22,519 nt of DNA from Octopus sinensis (lineage: Eukaryota): positions 1 through 22,519 of the forward strand of contig NW_021836936.1 of assembly GCF_006345805.1 (NCBI RefSeq), given 5' to 3'. The position numbers and the translations under genes were made by a program. Below, piece by piece: positions 1 through 10,000 of this stretch (position 1 is the stretch's first letter; every line of letters begins with the position of its first letter). The notes beneath the pieces were generated by a model. The model did not search any database and had not been told where the DNA came from. It saw nothing but the letters and a program-made list of their open reading frames with translations.

Positions 1-118
1 CCGAAGGATGAAAGGCAAAGTCGGCGGCCTAGGCGGAATTGAACACGGAAAATAAGACAGATAAACTATCGCTAAGAATTTCGCCCGGCATGCTAACGTT
101 TCTGCCAGATTACCGCCT
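1..118 (-). mobile_element. SINE family A, 5' head, cut by the window edge
   Basis: Reverse complement reads ggcggtaatctggcagaaacgttagcatgccgggcgaaatt...gactttgcctttcatccttcgg, matching the heads of the copies at 13278, 17108 and 19840. Confidence 0.75.
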
Positions 119-135
119 TGTTGGAGATGAATATA

Positions 136-161
136 GACACACAGACACACACACACACACA

Positions 162-207
<46 letters not shown>

Positions 208-270
208 TATACACAAACATATACATACACTCACACACGCCATGCATCCATACACACACACAAACATATG
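136..270. repeat. (CA)n-dominated microsatellite
   Basis: Long CA runs with TA interruptions. Confidence 0.95.
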
Positions 271-873
271 TATGAGATATATATTTTACGTTCATAAACA
301 TTTAAACGGAATTGTCACATAGAAATTACTAACAAACAAACAAATAAACAAAAAGCAAAGACGAAGTAAAAAAAAAAATCAACACAGCTTTATGGCAATA
401 GTAAACCAGAATTAAATACTTGTAACATCTCTTTTATTTTGAGTCAATAATAAAATCATATTCTTGTTGTTCGTGTCGTTTAGTTTAATATCATTTTTAT
501 TTTCCTCAATGAGGAATTATTTCGTTTATGGCAAAAAAACACAATTTTTTTTTACTGTTGCATTGATTGGCACCGTTCTTTTGTTTGTCTTTTTTAGTCC
601 TTTCTGATCAGCCCTGATCGAGCGTGATCTATCGATTAAGGTCAATTCATCGTTTCTAATGATCTCATTTCTCTTTTAAAGAGAGTCGATTACATTATCG
701 AAATTGAACATATTATTCTATGAGGGAGATTTCACTACTTTTTCTTCTAGTATGTTAAAAATGACACCACATAGACTTTCTTCTAGCTGCCTCATACATT
801 CATAAATACTCCCTCCATACACACACACAAGCACACATATAGATATACATTGTATGTATATTTACATATATAT

Positions 874-1050
874 AAAGAAGCCTGTCGTATTTATGTATAT
901 ATATGTATGTATGTGTGTGTGTTTGTGTGTCTGTGTTTGTCCCCCTAGCATTGCTTGACAACCGATGCTGGTGTGTTTACGTCCACGCCACCTAGCGGTT
1001 CGGCAAAAAGAGACCGATAGAATAAGTACTGGGCTTACAAAGAATAAGTC
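874..1050 (+). mobile_element. SINE family B internal fragment, truncated at both ends
   Basis: gtttgtccccctagcattgcttgacaaccgatgctggtgtgtttacg...cggttcggcaaaaagagaccgatagaataagtact is the reverse complement of about 18245-18375. It includes the internal TA/TG microsatellite and stops where the palindrome at 1049 starts. Confidence 0.8.
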
Positions 1051-1102
1051 ACATGAAAGTCAGTACGATTGTTAGCTAACAATCGTACTGACTTTCATGT
1101 GA
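1049..1102. repeat. 54-bp perfect palindrome with no loop
   Basis: tcacatgaaagtcagtacgattgttag|ctaacaatcgtactgactttcatgtga; every base pairs about the 1075/1076 axis. Confidence 0.97.
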
Positions 1103-1333
1103 AACATGTATTTTTGTGGTTGAAACCTTTTGGATTTGCTAGTGCTAGAATGAGCCACATAGTGACCATTCTCTTATATTTATCTTTGTATAAATATTAT
1201 AATATATTATAAAATATTATAATAATCCAGGTTTCTCGAGGCACTGGGCCACTTGGTGTGGAATAGATATACTATTAAATTAGTATCTAATTCTCTCACC
1301 CTTATTAATTAATTATATATATATATATATATA

Positions 1334-1577
1334 CGGGAGAATTCACGAAAAAAAACCCAAAAGACGAAGACAGGTGGTGTAGAACACAAACAGATGTCTT
1401 AGTATAACGCTCAGGAATTGAGAAAGTGTTTTACGTTTCGAGCCTACGCTCTTCCACAGAAAGGGACACAGAAAGAAACAAGGAGAGAAAAAATGTGTGT
1501 AGTGGCTACCGATCTATAATGGCGATGCCGGACAGAAGGGTAACACAGGAGAGCAAGAAGTAGCTAGGGGAGATGAA
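1334..1577 (-). mobile_element. Probable interspersed repeat fragment, possibly Penelope-like-derived
   Basis: Lies between (TA)n runs and carries ctgtggaa-gagc-gtag-gctc-gaaacgt on the minus strand (1435-1459), resembling the hammerhead-type motif of Penelope-like element ends. Single copy in the window. Confidence 0.35.
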
Positions 1578-1713
1578 CATATATATATATATAATATAAT
1601 ATATATATAAATGGATATATACATCCATATTCATACACATATAGTACGAGCGTATGTATATGTATGTATGTATGTATGAGTATGTATGTATGTATGTATG
1701 TATATATGTATAT
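1578..1713. repeat. (TA)n/(TATG)n compound microsatellite flanking the LINE 3' end
   Basis: Direct sequence pattern. Confidence 0.9.
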
Positions 1714-1738
1714 TGATTGATTGATTGATTGATTGATT
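1712..1738 (-). repeat. LINE 3' tail, (TCAA)n
   Basis: (attg)x6 + att on the plus strand, directly after the ~65-nt 3' UTR. Short tandem tails rather than poly(A) are typical of CR1/L2-group LINEs. Confidence 0.85.
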
Positions 1739-2243
1739 CTAGTTTCAGCTTATGAGCTGTGGCCATGCTGGGGGCACCGCCATTTGGTGTTGCTACTTGG
1801 TTTCACTTCATGGAGGCTTTCTAGCAACTGCTATTTGGTGCATGAGAGAGTTCGATGCAGCTGCCCTCATCTGCCCCTCCTGCCGTGAAGTTGGTTCATC
1901 TGGGACACCTGACAGGAAGAGATCCAGCTTCATTTTAAAGACATCTGTATCCACCCCATGCAGGTCTCTCAGGTTCTTCGGGAGGATATTGAAGAGCTGT
2001 GGGCCTCGGAAGCCCAGGCTATCACAGAATCTTGTCCTACATCTTGATGGCAGTTTGGAGTCCTAGGCACCACGCAGTGGCGCCCAGTTCTGGCATTTGC
2101 GTAACTCTCGATGCCAAAGTTCAGGACACTTCCCTCCAGGATCTTCCAGATGTATATTATGGCATATCTTTCCCGCCTACGCTCCAGGGAATATAATTTT
2201 AATCTCTTGAGTCTTTCCCAGTAGCTTACATTCTGCATAGAGG

Positions 2244-3200
2244 CTATCTTCTTGTGTAGCTTCGTTGGGTCGCCTCAAGTTCTGTGATCAACTTGACACT
2301 GGATGGTGACCATAGCTGAGAGCAATAGTCAAAGTGGCTTAGGACAAGTGTCTTCCAGAGGACCATCATGGTTTCTTGTTCTCTTGTTCTAAAGGTTCTA
2401 AGAATCCATCCAGCCAGCCGTCTACATTTCATTGTCAGTTTAGCAACATGTACATGAAAGGTCGCGTCATCACTCATGTGAATACCCAGGTCACGCACTG
2501 ATTGTGCCTCTGGGATTGCAATCCCTCCGGGTCCAGTGTATTCATTGGGTATTGCATTCAGTTTTGCATGCTGATAGTATAAAGCTTGAAACTTTCCAGC
2601 ATTGAACTGCATGCTATTCTTTTCAGCCCACTTGTATATTTCGTCCAGCTCACATTGCAGGTGTTTAGTGTCCTCAGGGTTCTGTATTGCCTGTGAAACT
2701 TTTGTATCATCTGCATAACTTGTGATCGTGGCTCTCTGCGTGGCTGAGGGCATGTCTGAGAGGGCCATTATGAACAGTAGTGGTCCCAGAACAGTGCCCT
2801 GCGGAACACCGCTCACTATTTGTGTGTTAATGGAGGTGGCCCCATTGGCTACTACCACCTGACTTCTATCCTTCAGAAAGTCATGAAGCCATTCTCCCAG
2901 TTTTCCAACTATGTTGAGATCACGCAGTTTGTGACATATCATTCCATGATCGACTTTATCAAAGGCCTTTGCAAAGTCGAGATATATCACTTCCACATTT
3001 GAGTGGTTGAGCAGCCGTTTCAGCACCCAGTCATAGTGTTGTAGGAGCTGAGTTAAACAGCTTCTCCCTGGTCGGAAACCATGTTGGGTGTCGGGCAGCA
3101 AGTCATTCTCTTCAAGGAAGGTGATCAGCTTCCTTCTGACTATTCGTTCCATGACCTTGCTGATGTGTGAGGTCAGAGAGATAGGTCTATAGTTCTTGGC
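2244..3200 (-). pseudogene. Reverse transcriptase domain of LINE ORF2
   Basis: Motifs NYRPISLTS (across a frameshift), QHGFRPGRSC, YLDFAKAFDKV, GVPQGTVLGPLLF, YADD (2706-2717) and RDLGI. Confidence 0.97.
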
Positions 3201-4109
3201 TTCCGCTCTCTGCTACCTCCTTTATGAATGGGGCATATTTTACCTTCCTTCAGTTTTCCTGGAAGTTTGCCAGCTGCAAGGAAGCTCTGAAAGAGGAACT
3301 GCAGTGGTCTTGCTAGGACTCTCTTACATGCTTTTAGGAGGATTGCCGGGAATCCATCGGGGCCAGTAGCTGAGTCTGTTTTCATTTCATCTATAGCCTT
3401 GGTTACATCGTCTTCCTTTATATCGATGTAATCTATCGTCGCCGCCTCTGATTTTATATCTGCAGTGGTAAAAAAGTCAGTTGGATTGGTGATTTGGAGA
3501 TGCCCAAGGGGTGGAGTGAAAACACTCTTGAATTGCTCATTCAGTATTTCACTTACCCTCATTGGTTTCCTGTAAGTGTGCCATCCTTTTCGAGGAGTGG
3601 CCCTATTCTACAGTGCACTGTAGCTGTTTCTTTGGCATACCTGTAGAAAGCTCTGGGGTTAGATTTTATGTTTTCTATAGCCCAGGCTTCTTTGTCTGCT
3701 CTTTCTTTTTCATGGGAGAGTTGCAGACATTTTTCGATTTCCAACAGTTTTATTTTTAGGCGGGACTTTTCACTGCTTTCAATCTGTTTGTTTAGGCGAT
3801 TTGAAAATTTCGTACGCCGTCTCATTAAAATTTTCCTCTCTCTGGGGATTTTGTTCTTGTGTACAGTGGCCTTTCTCTCTGGGACACATTTGTAGCATAT
3901 GGCTTGCATTACAGACATGAATTGTTGGAAGTTTCACGTCGATGTCTGGCGAGGAGAGACATTTAGGCCAGTTTTGTTTGAGGATCTCTTTCTCAATTTG
4001 TTCCAGTTTGCCTTATGGTAGTTCAAGCTGGAAAGATTTTGAGGGTTTCTTGTAGGCTGCATGTCCGTGCTCTCTTTTGGCCCGTACATGGTCAGCTCTA
4101 TCATGTTGT

Positions 4110-4770
4110 GATCCGAGAGTAGTGTCGGTGTCACTTTCACATTATGGATGAGATCCATGTCATTTGTGAAGCAGAGATCCAGTGTGTTTCCTGCCCTGGT
4201 TGGTTGGAGTATTACCTGCTCCATGTACAGGGTGTTGATGAGGTTCAGGAGGGACCTCGCCTGTCCTCGTTCACATCTTGTCATTCCTGGGAGAGAAAGG
4301 CCCTCGGGCCATCTGACATTGGGCAGATTGAAGTCTCCCATAAGAAGCACACCTATGTGTTGTTCTAATGTGGTTAGAATTTCTTCTATTTTTATAAGGC
4401 AGTCTTCAAACTTGCCCACATGGCTTGGGGCATCTGGAGGGCGATATGTAGCACACACAACTACATCAAGTTGCCTAATATGTACAATTAGTGTGTCACA
4501 CACCGAGTTTGAGTATGACAAGAGGACCTGGGGTGTGAGGTCCTCACGGATGTACATAGCAACACCTCCATGACTCCTTTCTTTCCTGTCGGTCCGTAGT
4601 ACAGCATACTGTGGTATGTGTAACTCCGCATCTGCTATGTCCGGTTTCAGGTGCGTTTCTGTAAGTGCTATGCATAAGGCTTGATTGCATGCACAAAGTC
4701 TCTCAGGAACGGGATCTTGTCCTGTTACTGATGTGTTTGCAGTCCTCTGATGTTCAGTAGGAGTATCGAG
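4110..4770 (-). pseudogene. APE-type (EEP) endonuclease domain of LINE ORF2
   Basis: Motifs LLNIRGL, IALTETHL, RTDRKERSHGGVAMYI, YRPP, MGDFNLP, PTRAGNTLDLCFT and SDHN. Confidence 0.95.
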
Positions 4771-4878
4771 GTGAGGTGTACGTTGTTGCCGGCGGTGTCC
4801 ATCCTGTGTCTGTTTGCTGTGGTGGTCTGGTATATAGTGGGTAGTCCCACCTGCGGGCTTGGGTTTGATGAAGCCAGG

Positions 4879-5659
4879 TCAGCTGCTGTACAATCTTTTG
4901 TGCCATGCACAAAAAAGATTGTTGCTCAGCAGCTGCTCTTTCGACACATCATGTTGGCTGTTTGTGGCGCGCACAACATCTGCGTACCTCCGCTTTGGGG
5001 CAGGTGGTGCGTGGTCCATCCCTTTTCTTTGTGTTGATGGTTTGTCCATCTGCCTCGTGTCTCTGTGGCAGGGTCCCCGATGTGCAAAGCGGCAGCCTGC
5101 ACCTTCCTTTCCATGCCAGCAGGAACCTCTCAGGTAGAACATACACACCCGTGTGCGCTGTTTGGTTCCATCCTTTGCGGTTCCACTTCTATTCTGGTTG
5201 TTTCACTCTTTGGTCCTGCTTGAGCTTTTTCTTTTCCTTTAGCTCTTCCAGTCCTTCTTTTAGTTCTTCTTCCTCCCTCTACCTCTTCACCGGGTTCTCC
5301 GTCTCCATGGCCCTTGCTGCCGGTTGGAGAACTTGCACCTGGGTTCACTTCCCGGGCAGGTTTCTCATTCAAAACCTCCTCCGGGCGTCCACCAGGTGGG
5401 GGTGACTTCTTTCATCGTCTCCATTCTTGCCATCTTTGCTCCGCTCGTTCTCAAAGATGGCATCAAGTGCGCCAATGTGCGACCGTACAAGCGCATATGA
5501 GCGCACGAATTCCTGTCTCTTCGCTCCATCTGAGCCGCTGTCCTCTTGTAGCCTCTGCTCTTCAGCGCAGCCGCAATCACTCCCTAGGGCTATCTCCGCG
5601 GCGCACTCCCATGCTCGTACAAATAAATCCAGCTCGTCACGTCTCCATGCTCTGGACAT
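4879..5659 (-). pseudogene. LINE ORF1 remnant: Myb/SANT-like N-terminus, charged linker, CCCH zinc finger
   Basis: ATG at 5659 (MSRAWRRDELDLFVRAW), then after a frameshift VIAAALKSRGYKRTAAQ. CMFYLRGSCWHGKEGAGCRFAH at 5080-5145 and RYADVVR downstream. Several frameshifts; the true 3' end is uncertain. Confidence 0.7.
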
Positions 5660-5719
5660 GCTGGATATCCGTCTATCCGTTTATCTATCTAATTATGTTC
5701 GCGAGAAGACAGGAAGATA

Positions 5720-6730
5720 TTAAGGCTAATTAGAAGATAGAGTACTTGAAAAAGAAATATTAACAATATTAAAGTTTGTGTAAAAACGTTATTTGGGGAA
5801 AAACGTTATTTAATCTTAAGGCTAATTAGGGGATAGAGTATCTGAAAATGTATTAGCAATATTAATATTATATTAGAGTGTGGATAAAAACGTTGTTTAA
5901 TCTTAAGGCTAATTAGGAGATAGAGTATCTGAAAATATATTAGCAATATTAATATTATATTAGAGTGTGGGTAATATTAAACGTTATTTAATTTAATCTT
6001 AAGGCTAATTAGAAGACAGAGTATCTGAAAAATTATATATACAATATTAAGCAATATTAACCGTTATTTAATTTAATCTTAAGGCTAATTAGACATATTA
6101 ATATTAAACGTTATTTAATTTAATCTTAAGGCTAATTAGAAGATAGAGTATCTGAAAATATATTAGCAATATTAATATTATTAGAGTGTGGATAAAAAAC
6201 GTTATTTAATCTTAAGGCTAATCAGGAGATAGAGTATCTGAAAATATATTAGCAATGTTAATATTATATTAGAGTGTGGGTAATATTAAACGTATTTAAT
6301 TTAATCTTAAGGCTAATTAGAAGATAGAGTATCTGAAGAATTATTAACAATATTAAACAATATTAAACGTTATATTTAATTTAATCTTAAGGCTAATTAA
6401 CAATAATTATTAACAATATTAAACAATATTAAACGTTATTTAATTTAATCCTAAGGCTAATTAGACGTTTTTAATATTAAACGTTATTTAATTTAATCTT
6501 AAGGCTAATTAGAAGATAGAGTATCTGAAAATTATTAACAATATTAAGACAATATTAAACGTTATTTAATTTAATCTTAAGGCTAATTAACAATAATTAT
6601 TAACAATATTAAACAATATTAAACGTTATTTAATTTAATCCTAAGGCTAATTTGACGGTATCAATATTAAACGTTATTTAATTTAATCTTAAGGCTAATT
6701 AGAAGATAGAGTATCTGGAAAATTATTATA
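5720..6730. repeat. AT-rich variable-unit tandem array with higher-order structure
   Basis: 14 copies of aaggctaat at 5722, 5818, 5905, 6001, 6081, 6128, 6214, 6309, 6389, 6453, 6501, 6579, 6643 and 6691, most preceded by aaacgttatttaatttaatctt. Confidence 0.95.
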
Positions 6731-8202
6731 TCGAGAACAGTTATTGATAATGTACAAAACAAAATGACGATCGCAACTTTAACTAAGATGTGGGCCTAAG
6801 TGAAGAAAATAGAGAATAAATAAAATATTAAATAAAATATGAAATAGATGAAATTGATACTTAATCCAACAATGTGGTCTGGATTATTTTTTTTGGTTTA
6901 CGGGATTTTTTTCAGGAGAGATGCTTCTTTTTTCTTTCTTGCAGGAGATAACTTGATTCAGTTATTTCAGTTATTTTTGCACCATGTGCGTTTCGGCGCG
7001 AAAATGAAAATTACTGTGTATATGTATATATTTATATATATATTTTTTAAAATATTTTTACCAAAGTGTTGTAGTGATCTCTGTGACTTAGAGTTTTACG
7101 TTTTGCAACTACAGTGGGTTATTTCGCCGTTCTATGCAAACTTTTTCACAGAGCAAAGGCAATCACGTCTTTCTCTGCTGACAACGGAACCGGATATCTG
7201 TACAGGTTGATATATATATATATATGTACATAGATTATCTCTAGCCGGAGCCATGAATGTTTTTTGATTCAATGCTGCAATCCCGTATCACTCTATAACA
7301 TCCTCAGAAAGTTTTTCTCAATATATATGTGCATAGTATTACCATTTACTATGCTGCATATATACACGTATTGTTATTTACTTCGGGTCTGGAATCTTTA
7401 CAAATTTGCAAATTAATTTGAGGTACTTCTGAAAACACCCACACACACCAGCTTGAATTGAATAATAAACAACGCCGGAAGGCATCTGATAATGTAAAAT
7501 TTTCCACAATCAAAGAACAGTGAGATTTGTTTCACGTCATGTCTCCGATTCAATTTTGTGTTAGCTCACAAGAGTTTACCTTCGTGAATTCTGACTTAAA
7601 TTTCCAAGAAATTGTCACAATTTTGTATTCAATTTTTAATGCGCATTAATGTAAAGACAATTCTTTGTTAGGCGACTCGACTGCGCATCATAAGTTATCC
7701 TAGAGTATATCATAACGTAAGGAGTAACTTATATCTTGACACCCGATAATTTGTGACGCTTCCTCTTATGACTCTCGAATGAGGCACATTTGCGTGCATC
7801 AACGTGGTTAGTTAGGCAAAGGAACTGTCTTAAATTATGGAGCTTGGGCCTCAATCTAAAAGATGAATGTTAAAACGAAAGTGAAAGTATAGCAGACATT
7901 TGCATTCGCGCCATCCATTTAAGGTTGTTAAAATTTACGGAAAGAACCTCGGGCAGCTGAACATAACAACATGTGAGATATGTGATCGGTCATGACCTTA
8001 ATGAAAGATCACATCCCTAAATGAAAGGACCTCAGCCAACTGGATTCCTATGTCTACAATAAGAGAGTATAAGCTCACACCTTAGGGAAGCCATATCCTA
8101 GCAACCGAACTCCTAGCAATCGATCCTGGTCTCCAGTTGGGGGAACAAAATGACAAACGTAGTGTGGCTGTGGTCAGTATTGAGAGCTAGTGGTCAATGA
8201 TC

Positions 8203-8208
8203 TCCACA

Positions 8209-8254
<46 letters not shown>

Positions 8255-8760
8255 ACTCCGTTCACTTTCTCTCTCCATTTCTCCCTATCTCTCTGTCGCC
8301 TTTTCTCTCCTCCTCTTCTCTCTCTGCCTTTCCCCCTCTTTCTCCTCTCCCTGTCACTCTTTCCCTTCCCATCTCTCCCATTCTTTCTTCTCTCTCCCAC
8401 ACTACATCTCTTTCGCACCGTCTCTCCCCCATTTCTGCCTTTCTTTCTACGTCTTTCCCTCTTTCTCCCTTCTCTCACACTACCTCTGTCTCGCATCCTC
8501 TCCTATCTCTCTCACTCTCTCTCTAGTCTCACTCCGTATCTCTCTCACCCTCCCTCTCTCTCTCTTTCTCCCTATCTCTCCCCATCAACCCGCCCTCTTT
8601 TCTCACCCCTTCTCTTTCCGTCTCTCCCCTCCACTTCTCTCCCACTCACACACACTTCCTCTCTGTCTCTCTGTCTCTCTGTCCCTCTCCCATAGTATCT
8701 CTTACCCTCTCTCTCTTTCCCTTCCGTCTTCTCCCCTCTCTCTCTTCTCTCTAATCCCAC
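8203..8760. repeat. (CT)n-rich polypyrimidine/polypurine low-complexity tract
   Basis: Almost only C and T on the plus strand. Confidence 0.95.
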
Positions 8761-9288
8761 CACCACCGCCGCCTTCACGAATAACGCCTTCATTGATTGA
8801 TCGTTCTACGTGACGCAACGCCATTTTCTCTGCATGCGAAAATGTCAACTGTTAACATTCATCGCGGTTGGCACGAAACACGTTAATAATATCAAATAAA
8901 GAATTGACAACATACCTTTAAATCCACGATAAAAACAAAGCTGGCTGCTTTAATAATTTAAACATTAATATAAACAGAAGCCAAACACCCGGTGTTTCCG
9001 TATTATTAAATTTCTGTCAGTTACCTCTTGCTATTCAAAATACTATCTACATTGTATATTTATGCATTCGCTTTCCGGTGGATGTTTCTCCTGTCTTCTA
9101 TGCTCTATGTACGCTCTATAATGGCAAAGTTTGGATTAATGCTTGGTATTTCTTTCATATTTCCACAGAATTACAAATGTAAGACTTGGTCTTAGAGCGA
9201 AAATCATAATTTTGCTACCAAAACAAAAGACACCAACTTGGTTTCCATTCTGGAATGATGGTCTGCATTAACTATATATATTAGAATC

Positions 9289-9678
9289 GGAGGCGCAATG
9301 GCCCAGTGGTTAGGGCAGCAGATTCGCGGTCATAGGATCGCGGTTTCGATTCCCAGACCGGGCGTTGTGAGTGTTTATTGAGCGAAAACACCTAAAAGCT
9401 CCACGAAGCTCCGGCAGGGGATGGTGGTGATCCCTGCTGTACTCTTTCACCACAACTTTCTCTCACTCTTACTTCCTGTTTCTGTTGTACCTGTATTTCA
9501 AAGGGCCGGCCTTGTCACTCTCTGTGTCACGCTGAATATCCCCGAGAACTAAGTTAAGGGTGCACGTGTCTGTGGAGTGCTCGTGCTCAGCCACTTACAC
9601 GTTAATTTCACGAGCAGGCTGTTCCGTTGATTCGGATCAACCGGAACCCTCATCGTCGTAACCGACGGAGTGCTTCCC
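9289..9678 (+). mobile_element. SINE family C (tRNA-derived), full length, with target-site duplication
   Basis: A box tggcccagtgg, B box ggtttcgattccc. Colinear with 20972-21358. TSD tattagaatc at 9279-9288 and 9682-9691. Confidence 0.9.
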
Positions 9679-9706
9679 ATGTATTAGAATCTATTGTTGA
9701 ATATAT

Positions 9707-10000
9707 CTTCCGTTTTCAAAATTCGCATGGCGGAATTTGAGGGAGAATTGGCTGTTTCTTTTAGACGTGCATTCTGAAATACTGCTACAATAATTGTATG
9801 TATTGGAACACATTGCCAAATATATTCCGTAATCTAGACATCACAGGTGTAATTTGAGGAGGAATTGGCTGCTCTTTTCCCCCTGTCGTTTGAGCACGTA
9901 CTAACTGGTTTGAATTATTCCGTTTTCAAACATATCTTTCCGTTTTCAAAGATAATATAACAGAATTTGAGGGGCGATTGGCTGTGTTTTTATTCTAGCA
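9707..10000 (+). repeat. Three diverged copies of a ~50-bp core at ~115-bp spacing
   Basis: ttccg...aatttgagg-n3/4-attggctg, with aatttga at 9734, 9851 and 9964. The sequence between cores is poorly conserved. Confidence 0.55.

Larger units (their letters stand above)
1808..4802 (-). pseudogene. LINE ORF2 (endonuclease + reverse transcriptase), about 1000 codons, disrupted
   Basis: Putative ATG at 4802 (MDTAGNNVHLTSILLLNIRGL), final stop at 1808-1810 (...HQIAVARKPP*). One in-frame stop (4725-4727) and at least six frameshifts (about 4690, 3990, 3925, 3562, 3200, 2250, 2060). Confidence 0.92.
1714..5660 (-). mobile_element. Decayed non-LTR retrotransposon (LINE, CR1/L2 group), near full length; the 5' end may extend to about 7018
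   Basis: Colinear minus-strand fragments give ORF1, APE endonuclease, RT, a CR1-like C-terminus (YWERLKRLKLYSLERRRERY...VPDEP), a short 3' UTR and a tandem tail. The exact clade is not determined. Confidence 0.95.

Noticed and set aside
39-301. ORFs rich in HT/YI/VC or SL/RE repeats (also 1506-1766, 8190-8813, 14294-15106, 15809-16000, 19225-19484)
   Set aside because: They are translations of microsatellites and low-complexity tracts.
3562-5733. Plus-strand ORFs of 65-166 aa overlapping the LINE
   Set aside because: They are antisense shadows of the minus-strand LINE ORFs with no recognisable motifs.
5720-6730. CRISPR-like look (constant motif with variable spacers)
   Set aside because: The spacers are rearrangements of each other, vary from 47 to 96 bp in period and repeat in blocks. 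There are no cas genes and the context is eukaryotic.
7030-9280. Host gene exons in non-repeat stretches (also 10000-11100, 12270-13270, 16440-17100)
   Set aside because: I found no recognisable protein motif or convincing splice-bounded open frame. Small exons cannot be excluded without RNA-seq or homology searches.
9289-9365. tRNA gene (also the heads at 20972, 13278, 17108, 19840 and 18414-18463)
   Set aside because: A and B boxes are present, but each runs into a repeated non-tRNA body and lacks a full cloverleaf and a T-run terminator. These are SINE heads.
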